From the NCBI GenBank assembly GCA_049599895.1, contig JBMYPC010000036.1, positions 1 to 24,481 on the forward strand: a DNA stretch of 24,481 bases, read 5' to 3'. Below are positions 16,487 to 24,481 of this stretch, piece by piece; position 1 is the first letter of the stretch, and each line of letters starts with the position of its first letter. The position numbers and the translations under genes are program-made. The notes below the pieces were generated by a model. It was not told the DNA's origin. It worked only from the letters and a program-made list of their open reading frames with translations, and searched no databases. The DNA is from Bacteriovoracaceae bacterium. GTDB lineage: Bacteria > Bdellovibrionota > Bacteriovoracia > Bacteriovoracales > Bacteriovoracaceae.

Positions 16487-19318
16487 ATGAGCAATAAATC
16501 AACGAATTTTAGAATATTATTGCCAATATTTCTGATTCTCGGAGCGATTTGGGCAGTTGAGCTTAGCGCAGATGTTACGCAGATTCCTGATAGCGATATT
16601 AAAGACCGCATCAACACAAGTTATGAATTTAAACTACCCACGAAATATGGAACAGCGCATTTCAAGTTCCACTTCAATAAAGGTCATGTTGATTTTGTCG
16701 CCAGATCGGAAGAAATTCTAAGGCAAACCTTTTATAAAGTTGTCGATTACTTTCAGTTTGTCCCAGATGCACCAATTAATATCATTGTGAACGGTGCTGT
16801 TTTTCAATCCAACGGTTCTGCCACTGTTTTCCCCCAGCTTGTGATTAATCTTTTTGATTATCCTCCTATGGGAATTGAGCACCTTAATACAAGTGGAGAT
16901 TGGCTTCAAAACTTAATTGTTCATGAGATCATTCACGTTATCCATCTTGCTCAAATAAATGGTGTGAATAAGGTCATTAACTTTCTTACCGGTGCAGGCC
17001 GATTAATGCCGATGATTACTCCGAGATGGTTTACCGAGGGGATTGCTGTTTGGGGGGAAACAAAGCTCACTGAACAAGGACGCCTTCGTAATTCATTATT
17101 TAGTTTTGAAACAAAAAAAGCTCTTCTTCATCCAGACTCATGTCGTGCAGTTGGTTGTTTAACGAACCCTGGTATTTATCCTTTTAGGCAGTTTCCTTAT
17201 TGGGTGGGAGCTTTCTTTTTAGATTCACTTGAAGCTGAAAAGCCTGGGACAATTAAATGTCTTGTGGAAGCAAACTCAAGAAAGATTCCTTATTTTCTCA
17301 ACTGGAGTTTTAGAGATTGTATTGGAAAAAATGCTGAGCAAAAGTTTCAAGAGTTCATAACAGATTATATTGATCGCTCCATTAAAGATGTAAAAAACTT
17401 TAAAATCCCTGGGGTCTTTGCTGATTATAAGGCCATGGACTTTGGTAAGGATCAGATTGCTTATCAGTCGGGGATGAGTGTTATTGGAGAGAATCTTTAT
17501 CTTAAACAGATTGGTCAAAGGGTGAGTAAGCTTAGAAAGATTAACCTTAACGATGGCTCTAGTGAAATTATTGATACCGAAAAAGTTTTAAGAAGCTTTT
17601 ATGATTATGACAATAAATTAGTCCTCGCCTCGATTCCTTATAGAGACGATATCCCTCTTGATTATTCTTTTCTAAAAGAAGGGAAGACTGAAGAAGAGAT
17701 CAAAACTCATAAGAGTTATCTTTATTACTTTGAATCTGAAGGCATGAGACTAGGTCTTGGCTATAAACATGGAAGATGGAGGCTTTATAAAGAAGTTGAA
17801 GCTGAAAAGAAAAAGGATCGCGCGAAACTGATTTATACCTTTCCTTATTCTTGGCAACTTTATCAACCATTTAAAACTCAATACGGAGTAAGGTTTTTAG
17901 CTTTTGATTCAAAGACCCAAAGATATAGTTTTCATGAATTTAATTTTAAAAAAGAAAGGCCTTTTGCCTTGTTTGAATTTAAGGGAACTGTGCAGGATTT
18001 CTTTTCTTGTGAGAAAAAAGTTTACGTTCGAATTGATCGTGAGCTTTTTGAGTTAAGAGAAAACTCTGGTTTAAGGCACAAACCTTCATGGCTAGATGAA
18101 GTGGCCTTTATGAGATATGGGAAAAGCCATGGTGTTGTCGCCTTTAAAAAGCTTCCTGTTGATCTTTATTATAGTAAAGGGGGCTGTAACGAGCTTTCAC
18201 TACTTATTAAGAATAAGGCCTCCAAAAAAGTTTCCTATCAAAAACAAAAAGAAGTTGAGACTGCTTCTCCAAAAACTGCTCAGAATACATTAACCGATAA
18301 AGTTTCAAAAGAATCTTCAACTTATTCTCCTCTTGGGCTGCAAAGGTTTAATTATTGGCTTTTAAATGGAAGTTTTGATGAAAATCTTCAAAACTTAAGC
18401 TTTGATACCAACTTGAGTGATCCTGGACAAAGGCTTAGCTTTAACCTTGGAGCGAGACAATATTTCGAGCTTGAAGAAACCGGTTATAACGTTGGGACGG
18501 CATGGAATTTTATGTCGAAATGGTACCTTGGTCTCAATACTTCAAAAGGTTATGGTTATTCAGGTTTTGCTGATTTTATTTCAAGCTATGAATCTCATTC
18601 AGCTTATGTGAGATGGAGAAAGTCCTTTGGACGTTTTGAATACATTCCAACTGTGGGCTATTCAGAAGGAGATTCTAGCGATTTTATCTCTAATAGGAAG
18701 TCTAAAAACTATAGCCTTACTCAAACTCTAGCGATGAAGCCAAGAAAGTATGATGATTTCTGGCACCAGTTTTCATTTCGAACAGTTACCACGAGACAAG
18801 AGACACTAGGGCGATCAAATTTCTTTTCCGATGAATACTTTGTAAATTTTATTTGGAAATATAATCATAATCTTAAGCAAAGCTTTAGTTTGACTTACGG
18901 AAAGAACCACAAAAAAGACCTTGGTTCAGGGGCTATCTTTGGTGGGCGAATGGGCTCACATAATGTTCTTGGAATAGCAGCCCAAGATCTTTTTGGAAAC
19001 GAAATCTATACTTTACGAACTCAATTTGATTTAAAGATTGCTCATCTTTATAAGAGTGCGACGTTGTTTCCTTTAGGAACTCAAGAGATTTTCATTCTTG
19101 CTGGAGTTGAGCGCTTTAAAAGTGATTTTGTTTATATTGATGATACGCTTTGGGGAAAGAATGAACTGAACTCTTATCACGGTGGTGTTCGTTTTAAGAT
19201 GCTGGCTTCATATTTCATAAATATCGATGTTGATCTTCTTTATGTCGTGACGGAAAAGCCAAGCGGTGACGATTTCGGAGAATATGTTCCAACAATTCAG
19301 ATGTCTTATTGGCCTTAA
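16487..19318 (+). CDS. Large exported protein: gluzincin-type HEXXH domain plus putative C-terminal outer-membrane beta-barrel
   Basis: Signal peptide. HEIIH followed by PRWFTEGIAVW. Aromatic beta-strand-rich middle and alternating amphipathic strands in roughly the last 300 aa. Confidence 0.65.
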   Translation: MSNKSTNFRILLPIFLILGAIWAVELSADVTQIPDSDIKDRINTSYEFKLPTKYGTAHFKFHFNKGHVDFVARSEEILRQTFYKVVDYFQFVPDAPINIIVNGAVFQSNGSATVFPQLVINLFDYPPMGIEHLNTSGDWLQNLIVHEIIHVIHLAQINGVNKVINFLTGAGRLMPMITPRWFTEGIAVWGETKLTEQGRLRNSLFSFETKKALLHPDSCRAVGCLTNPGIYPFRQFPYWVGAFFLDSLEAEKPGTIKCLVEANSRKIPYFLNWSFRDCIGKNAEQKFQEFITDYIDRSIKDVKNFKIPGVFADYKAMDFGKDQIAYQSGMSVIGENLYLKQIGQRVSKLRKINLNDGSSEIIDTEKVLRSFYDYDNKLVLASIPYRDDIPLDYSFLKEGKTEEEIKTHKSYLYYFESEGMRLGLGYKHGRWRLYKEVEAEKKKDRAKLIYTFPYSWQLYQPFKTQYGVRFLAFDSKTQRYSFHEFNFKKERPFALFEFKGTVQDFFSCEKKVYVRIDRELFELRENSGLRHKPSWLDEVAFMRYGKSHGVVAFKKLPVDLYYSKGGCNELSLLIKNKASKKVSYQKQKEVETASPKTAQNTLTDKVSKESSTYSPLGLQRFNYWLLNGSFDENLQNLSFDTNLSDPGQRLSFNLGARQYFELEETGYNVGTAWNFMSKWYLGLNTSKGYGYSGFADFISSYESHSAYVRWRKSFGRFEYIPTVGYSEGDSSDFISNRKSKNYSLTQTLAMKPRKYDDFWHQFSFRTVTTRQETLGRSNFFSDEYFVNFIWKYNHNLKQSFSLTYGKNHKKDLGSGAIFGGRMGSHNVLGIAAQDLFGNEIYTLRTQFDLKIAHLYKSATLFPLGTQEIFILAGVERFKSDFVYIDDTLWGKNELNSYHGGVRFKMLASYFINIDVDLLYVVTEKPSGDDFGEYVPTIQMSYWP

Positions 19319-20181
19319 GGGTTGTAGTAACCAGCTTCTTTAAGAAGCTCGAGAATTTCATCAAGCTTTGAGAAATACTTGTCTTCTGTTTTTTTCGTCT
19401 TAAAAGGACGCCAACCGGGAAGCTTGTCTTGTCCGTCAGTATCGGACATGGCATATCGGATAGCTTCACGAACATTGGTTTCATTGAATTCAAATTCTTC
19501 ATATTGAAACTTCTTCTTTAAAGCTTGGGCCCAAATAAATTCAAAATAGGGAATCTGAACTTTTTTGATGGCCTTACTCTTTCTCACTAACCAAGCAAGT
19601 CCACGATAAAAATCAAAATCAAGTTTTTTAAGCTTTTTGGGAAGATTATGATAATCAGTTTCACTATTTTGTTTTACTGGATAAATAAATTTTCGGCTTT
19701 TCATCTTCTCGATGAATTCATCCTGACTAAGATCAGAATAGTCTCCAAGCATTTTATAGGTCATTTGAAATTTTGAGACATCAAGATCTTTGCGCTTTTG
19801 AAGCTTTGGATAAATTTTTTGGAGAGTGTACAGGGTATGGTGGCGATCGAGAATCCATTTTTTGCCATCAGGCCCAAGAATATAAGGGATTGGTTTATCG
19901 GCAAGAATTTCAAGAATTCCATCCTGGTCAGATTTGAGAATTTCATTTTTAAAAACAATGATCCTGGGAATTCCAATCACGTGTTGAGTAGGGTGAACTT
20001 CATCAAAAACTTTGCCCAATTGTTGCCTGTGAACTTTAATCGGAACCATGTCCGAAACAGAGGGAGGGATCTGTCTGAGATTTTTAAAGATTTTAACAAG
20101 ACAATAAAACCGAACGTCTTTTCCCTTCGCATGAGCGAATTGGCAAAAGAGACTGAGGACAATGACCAGCAGTGTTTTCAA
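19315..20181 (-). CDS. ParB-like (ParBc_2 type) protein with signal peptide
   Basis: HPTQHVIG, ILGPDGKKWILDRHH, DFYRGLAWLVR and YFEFIWA motifs. Signal peptide ending FAHA. TTG start with AGGA upstream. Confidence 0.8.
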   Translation of the reverse strand: MKTLLVIVLSLFCQFAHAKGKDVRFYCLVKIFKNLRQIPPSVSDMVPIKVHRQQLGKVFDEVHPTQHVIGIPRIIVFKNEILKSDQDGILEILADKPIPYILGPDGKKWILDRHHTLYTLQKIYPKLQKRKDLDVSKFQMTYKMLGDYSDLSQDEFIEKMKSRKFIYPVKQNSETDYHNLPKKLKKLDFDFYRGLAWLVRKSKAIKKVQIPYFEFIWAQALKKKFQYEEFEFNETNVREAIRYAMSDTDGQDKLPGWRPFKTKKTEDKYFSKLDEILELLKEAGYYNP

Positions 20182-20317
20182 GTTCGATCCTAAGAGAAGT
20201 TGTAGGGTTAAGAAAAGTGTATCGAAGGAATGTTAGGGGTTTATTAAGGGGGGCAAAGAATGGATGCTGATTGAATTTTAACTAGCTCTATTTATCACTT
20301 TAATATTAAGGGTTTAA

Positions 20318-21910
20318 CTAGTCCCAAGGGCAATCTATTGAAGGCCAGGTACTAACATTTCGAGTGCTTGATCCGAATTCAGGACTGTTTTTTGTTAGAA
20401 TAATATCTTTGAGTTCATATTCAAGAGTTTGCTCATTAAAACGCAATATGGAAAAGTCCACCGTGTAGTTGAGATAGTTTTTGTTACCTACAGTTCCGCA
20501 TTTAAGGCTACCAGTCTCGCAGACCTTTTTGTAATAAGGAGGCCAGTGGCCAAAAAAGCTTATTCCTTGAATTCCTTGATCATCCGAGAGGTTTCCACGG
20601 TGATTGCCTTTTTGATCGATTCCTCTTAAAGGGCTAATGGTTGGAATGTCTTGAAGAGTTTGTAAATCATCAATTGTTGGAATACCTTTTAAGAGTGCGG
20701 AAGAAAACTGTCCTGTAGGTAATCCAGGAAGTGCTCGAAATAATGGCTTGAGTTCTCTGTTAAGGATTGCAAGATCAACTTTTGGGTCACGCATTTCAAA
20801 AGAGAGGCGATACTTCTCACCTTCTTTAAATTGATGGCCTTTGACCTTTTGATAGTCTGTACTTAAAACACCCTGCCAGTTTGGTGGGGCCACTCCACCT
20901 TCATGCCAGCTTTTGACAAACTTTGGTCTGCTCCCCTGTTCAATTTTAAATAGATTCACTTTTGCAACAAATGGCTTTTGAAAGTCACAGGCACTTGTGC
21001 AAAGACCATCTTCACATAAAGTTTTTTTACAGATGTTATTCACAAAAAGATGGGATTTTAAATAAGAGTTCTGTTCATCTTTCCGAATGCTAATTTTTCC
21101 AACTTCGTGCTCAGGTAAAAAGTATGTATTGATAAAGTCGGGGTATTTTCCAATTCGAAGCTCACTGAGTTTAGTCATTCCCTTTAAAGGGTCCAGTCTT
21201 GCATGAACAACTTTTGATCCAAGTAAATTAAAGTCATCTGTATTACCAGTATCATTGGCGGCAGTATTGATTGTCAGATAAGAGGTGACTTCCATTGAGC
21301 GAAGCTGATTCTGTTTAAGATAGCTTTTATCAAGGCAGTTAGGATTGATATCATAAGAGAGAATGAATTCACTATCTGGAAAGATTCTAAAAAAACAAGT
21401 TCCTCCTGCTACAATGGCCTCTTGAGGATCGAGCTTATTAATGGTGCAATTTCTTTGATTTGGTCTATAGCTAAGCGGGCGAGTTGATTTATGTTTTACT
21501 CTTCTTACTAGGCAATGCTTATTAAAGTTCTTTTTATCTTCGAAATACTTTTCTCTTTCAGAGAAATTGAGGCTTTGGAATTTGGTATCTTTGATTGAGC
21601 AAAAGTCTTCTTGGAGTTTTCCATCATAATAGACTTTTAGATCGTTGGCATCATGTCCATATTCAATAGGGCCAAAACCAATGAGAAGAAGTTTTCTTTG
21701 CCGTCCTGCTTCAGCACAGTTAAAAATTCTTGTACCAGGAATTTGATTTGATCGATTAGGTCCTTCGAGACGATAGGGAAAGGATAAGTTTTTATCAATG
21801 TTGCCACCATGATAAAGAGTATCATGACCATGAATCTTACAACCTGGGTTCTCTTGAGAAAGAACCGAGAAGCTGAAGAATAAAAGAAAAATGGCAATAA
21901 TATTTTTCAT
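20318..21910 (-). CDS. Hypothetical secreted Cys-rich protein
   Basis: 530 aa ORF with signal peptide (MKNIIAIFLLFFSFSVLS) and 14 Cys. No recognised catalytic motif. Confidence 0.8.
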   Translation of the reverse strand: MKNIIAIFLLFFSFSVLSQENPGCKIHGHDTLYHGGNIDKNLSFPYRLEGPNRSNQIPGTRIFNCAEAGRQRKLLLIGFGPIEYGHDANDLKVYYDGKLQEDFCSIKDTKFQSLNFSEREKYFEDKKNFNKHCLVRRVKHKSTRPLSYRPNQRNCTINKLDPQEAIVAGGTCFFRIFPDSEFILSYDINPNCLDKSYLKQNQLRSMEVTSYLTINTAANDTGNTDDFNLLGSKVVHARLDPLKGMTKLSELRIGKYPDFINTYFLPEHEVGKISIRKDEQNSYLKSHLFVNNICKKTLCEDGLCTSACDFQKPFVAKVNLFKIEQGSRPKFVKSWHEGGVAPPNWQGVLSTDYQKVKGHQFKEGEKYRLSFEMRDPKVDLAILNRELKPLFRALPGLPTGQFSSALLKGIPTIDDLQTLQDIPTISPLRGIDQKGNHRGNLSDDQGIQGISFFGHWPPYYKKVCETGSLKCGTVGNKNYLNYTVDFSILRFNEQTLEYELKDIILTKNSPEFGSSTRNVSTWPSIDCPWD

Positions 21911-21937
21911 AAAAAAAAAGGTCTCCCGAAGGAGACC
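21911..21937 (-). terminator. Intrinsic terminator
   Basis: Minus strand reads GGTCTCC-TTCG-GGAGACC followed by 9 T, 12 nt after the stop of the 270 aa gene. Confidence 0.9.
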
Positions 21938-21949
21938 CTAAAGCTCTAA

Positions 21950-22762
21950 TTAAATGTCGCTAGGATCAACAATCGTTGTCTTAACTTTTACTCTTGCACC
22001 ATGCTTTCCATTTGGACGACGATCAAGAGAGTTTTCTTTGAAGTAGTATCTTGTGACACACTTGCCAGGAGCATTTCCACCAAGGCTGTGGTTTGACCAA
22101 AGAGTCTTTGCACTAACATTCGCTGATGTCCAGTCTGCACTTTTCTTTAGTACACCATCACAGTAAAGTTCTCCCTTTACGAGAAGACCTGAAAGCGATC
22201 TGTAGTTGTTGTTATAGAGGCTTGCAAAAGTTAATTCAGACTTTGCAACAAAATGTGTTCCAACTGGTCCACTGTGAAATCTTGGTCCGTAGTAACATAC
22301 GTCGATGAAGTACTCTGTTCCAAATCTTTCAGTTGAAAGTTCAAACTTTAAGTAAGTGAGAACTTTGTTTTTTTCGTTAGCACCGTCAAAGTCAACTTTG
22401 TGCTTTGTAAGGTCAGTTGTATAAAGATTTTGAAAACCAGTTGCTGTTACATAGTTATTTGATCCATCAGATCTTTTTCTTGTTGTAGAACCAGCATCAG
22501 TAAGAGTTGATGTCCAAATATCAAATGTTCCCATTTTATATTCGATTACATCTTGTAAGTACTCACCGCTGTCATCAGTTGTAACTGTTCCGTTACCTTG
22601 AGTGTCAGAAGCATTGCCTGCAGGGTTAACGTGCTTGATACCAGCATTACATACATAAATGTCTGGACCACTTGATTGAACATCAAAAGTGAACTCACTT
22701 GTGATTGCATGTGCGTTTGTCGTAAGACCTACCAACGCCATTAATGAAATAAGTTTTTTCAT
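21950..22762 (-). CDS. Hypothetical secreted beta-rich protein (270 aa)
   Basis: Start moved to MKKLIS (ATG 22762) because GGAGG lies at 22767-22771 and this gives a clean signal peptide ending NAHA. Thr/Ser/Gly/Asp-rich with 4 Cys. Confidence 0.85.
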   Translation of the reverse strand: MKKLISLMALVGLTTNAHAITSEFTFDVQSSGPDIYVCNAGIKHVNPAGNASDTQGNGTVTTDDSGEYLQDVIEYKMGTFDIWTSTLTDAGSTTRKRSDGSNNYVTATGFQNLYTTDLTKHKVDFDGANEKNKVLTYLKFELSTERFGTEYFIDVCYYGPRFHSGPVGTHFVAKSELTFASLYNNNYRSLSGLLVKGELYCDGVLKKSADWTSANVSAKTLWSNHSLGGNAPGKCVTRYYFKENSLDRRPNGKHGARVKVKTTIVDPSDI

Positions 22763-22797
22763 TTTTCCTCCGGTTAAACAAACAAGCCAAAGAGACT

Positions 22798-22826
22798 TTA
22801 TCGGCATTGTTTGAGTGTTAATTTTA
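22798..22826 (-). promoter_or_regulatory. Putative sigma28-type promoter
   Basis: Exact GCCGATAA at 22805-22798. The upstream TAAA is spaced 17 nt away rather than the canonical 15. Confidence 0.45.
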
Positions 22827-22890
22827 TGGTGTATGTGTATGAAAAAAAATAGGGATTGCCAATGATTCTCTGTAAAGTTTTTGCAAAACT

Positions 22891-23442
22891 CTAATCAATG
22901 TTTTGAATCGTGTAGAAGCCTGTGTCTAGGTAGGTCATTTTAAAAAAGACATCGTCACAAATGACGTACTTAACGTCATTAACATGACGGTTTTTTGTTT
23001 TTTCAAAAACGATTATCGGATCATTATCAACTTCACTTGGACATAGGTTGAGAAATCTTTCTTCGAGAATAGGATCGTTATAACGATAAACTAAATTCAG
23101 AAAACTCTTTTTATCAATTGTAAGAAAGCCATCGTTTAATAGAAAATCTATCATTTCATTTTCAGAAATAGTCTCATTGGAGTTCAAATAAAGTGTCCCA
23201 ATATTTTCAAAGAAATGGGTGAGCCTTAATGAGGCACCAATACTATTGGTCGTAGGAGTTTCGTAGATTAAGCACTGGTTTTGATTCTGGCAGAGATCCA
23301 TGCAAAAAGTTTCATCGGCTTCGCATTGAAAGCTTAAAAGCTTCCTTAAATCTTCGTTATATTCAATATTGGTTTCAAGGCCAAGGGCTTGCAAGCACCA
23401 AAAGAGGATAAGACCTAAAATAGCGAAATGTCTCATTGGCAA
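22891..23442 (-). CDS. Hypothetical secreted acidic Cys-containing protein
   Basis: Signal-like N-terminus and six Cys in the mature part (C-x5-C-x3-C-x5-C cluster plus two more). The start may be the second Met at 23436, which gives an ATGA overlap. Confidence 0.75.
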   Translation of the reverse strand: MPMRHFAILGLILFWCLQALGLETNIEYNEDLRKLLSFQCEADETFCMDLCQNQNQCLIYETPTTNSIGASLRLTHFFENIGTLYLNSNETISENEMIDFLLNDGFLTIDKKSFLNLVYRYNDPILEERFLNLCPSEVDNDPIIVFEKTKNRHVNDVKYVICDDVFFKMTYLDTGFYTIQNID

Positions 23443-24479
23443 TCCTTTGGAATTTTGGGTTTCATCGGTCTACAACTTTTTCCGGAGAGGCCTCGTGCTC
23501 CTCCAATTGTTCTTGATTCAATATGTGAGGTCTTAATTTTAATTTTCTCTTTGCAGCCACTGTACTTAATTTCATAAGTACGACTTGATATCTTTTCAAT
23601 ATTAGTGACGAGACCAAGGTTGAATGGATCAAGAGTCGAGATTAGTTTTTCTTCACATGAGCTGAGAAGACAGCGTTTTCCCTTACTGAGCTTTTCAACA
23701 CACTTTTTTGGGATCTTTCCAAATTTATTATAAGTTTCCATTAAGTGGTTTAGATTAACTTTCCAATCTCTTGGGACATCGTGAGGGTCTTTAAGACCTT
23801 TAAAGAGGCGTACAAATGCTCTCACTACATACATAATGCCGCCGACAGGACCAGCAAAACCAGAGGCGAGAGAAGCAACCGATTCAAAGTTGAGGCGACA
23901 GTCAAAACAGAACTTTCTCTTTGTCGGTTTGTCTGTTTCTATTTCCGTTGCTGAATAGACTGTGATGTTTCTTTTTTGAGCTGTATGGCAAAGACCAACA
24001 GAAATTCCGTTAAACTGATAAAGGGAATTCTGATTGATTCTAGGCCCGGAAATCGCGATGGCGCAAGGAGCACCAAAAAGTGGTCCAAGGTCTAAGGAGA
24101 GGGCGACATCAAGTTTCTTTTTATCTTTTATAGGCTCGTATTCAATTTTCCCTTCTTCGACAAGAGTTTTAAAGCTTGTGACTCGTCCAGGCTTTAAGTC
24201 GATTCTTGAATAGAGAAGGCCCTTAGAAAAAAAGCTAATAGCTGCATTTGCAAGGTCTGAGAAAAAGGCCACAAGTGAGGCTTGAGTTTTATACCAAGGA
24301 TCATAGACTTCACATGCGACTCTTTCAGCGTAGGGATTAAAGGCGCCTGGAGAGTTTTGAATTTGAGTGGGAAAGAACGCGGCTTGAAATTTTGAAACTT
24401 TATAGAGATCAACGATTGAGCTTAAAACTAATCGAGCACAATCAATTGGAGAATAACAAATCTCCGTATCGATTCCACT
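23433..24479 (-). CDS. Hypothetical Cys-rich protein (5' partial)
   Basis: Manual translation shows no in-frame stop from 24272 to the window end (SGIDTEICYSPIDCARLVL...ACEVYDPWYKTQASLV), so the gene begins outside the window. Confidence 0.8.
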   Translation of the reverse strand, partial: SGIDTEICYSPIDCARLVLSSIVDLYKVSKFQAAFFPTQIQNSPGAFNPYAERVACEVYDPWYKTQASLVAFFSDLANAAISFFSKGLLYSRIDLKPGRVTSFKTLVEEGKIEYEPIKDKKKLDVALSLDLGPLFGAPCAIAISGPRINQNSLYQFNGISVGLCHTAQKRNITVYSATEIETDKPTKRKFCFDCRLNFESVASLASGFAGPVGGIMYVVRAFVRLFKGLKDPHDVPRDWKVNLNHLMETYNKFGKIPKKCVEKLSKGKRCLLSSCEEKLISTLDPFNLGLVTNIEKISSRTYEIKYSGCKEKIKIKTSHIESRTIGGARGLSGKSCRPMKPKIPKDCQ

Positions 24480-24481
24480 TT

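Noticed and set aside
19315..20181. Chromosome or plasmid partitioning locus, or mobile element
   Set aside because: No parA, no parS-like palindrome noticed, no integrase or transposase, and the protein appears exported.
20215..20250. Sigma28-like TAAA...CGATA upstream of the ParB-like gene
   Set aside because: Spacing is 2 nt short and the -10 match is weak.
22763..22807. Longer start (MPIKSLW...) for the 270 aa gene
   Set aside because: The strong GGAGG and clean signal peptide favour ATG 22762.
175..24412. Numerous short alternative-frame and antisense ORFs (e.g. 15689-16015, 19798-20193, 12256-12486, 24194-24412)
   Set aside because: They lie within or across well-supported genes and have no recognisable motifs, so they are most likely shadow ORFs.
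1..24481. CRISPR arrays, tRNA/rRNA genes, tandem repeats
   Set aside because: All intergenic gaps are under about 140 nt and no repeat-spacer or cloverleaf pattern was seen by eye.

Overview
AT-rich, very gene-dense bacterial chromosomal segment. Gene content and protein style suggest Bdellovibrionota, possibly Bacteriovoracales (inference only). I saw no RNA genes, CRISPR arrays or mobile elements. In order, the window holds: (1) a GldA/GldF/GldG-type ABC exporter cluster with a DUF4340-like and a membrane gene; (2) a tightly coupled tdk-hpt-GHMP kinase-DUF429-like run; (3) a Ca/Na antiporter and small hypotheticals, including a DUF2892 gene behind an FNR-type box; (4) a long minus-strand run pal-DUF4398-cpoB-UshA-like tetraheme lipoprotein-tsaD-rsmA-smpB; (5) a divergent 943 aa HEXXH plus putative beta-barrel protein; (6) a ParB-like protein with a signal peptide; (7) a minus-strand cluster of four uncharacterised Cys-rich proteins, at least three with signal peptides, with a sigma28-like -10 element and an intrinsic terminator abutting the next start codon. 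The best candidates for an undescribed system are cluster (7) and the phosphoesterase-like/tetraheme fusion. All family assignments come from motif recognition, not database searches.
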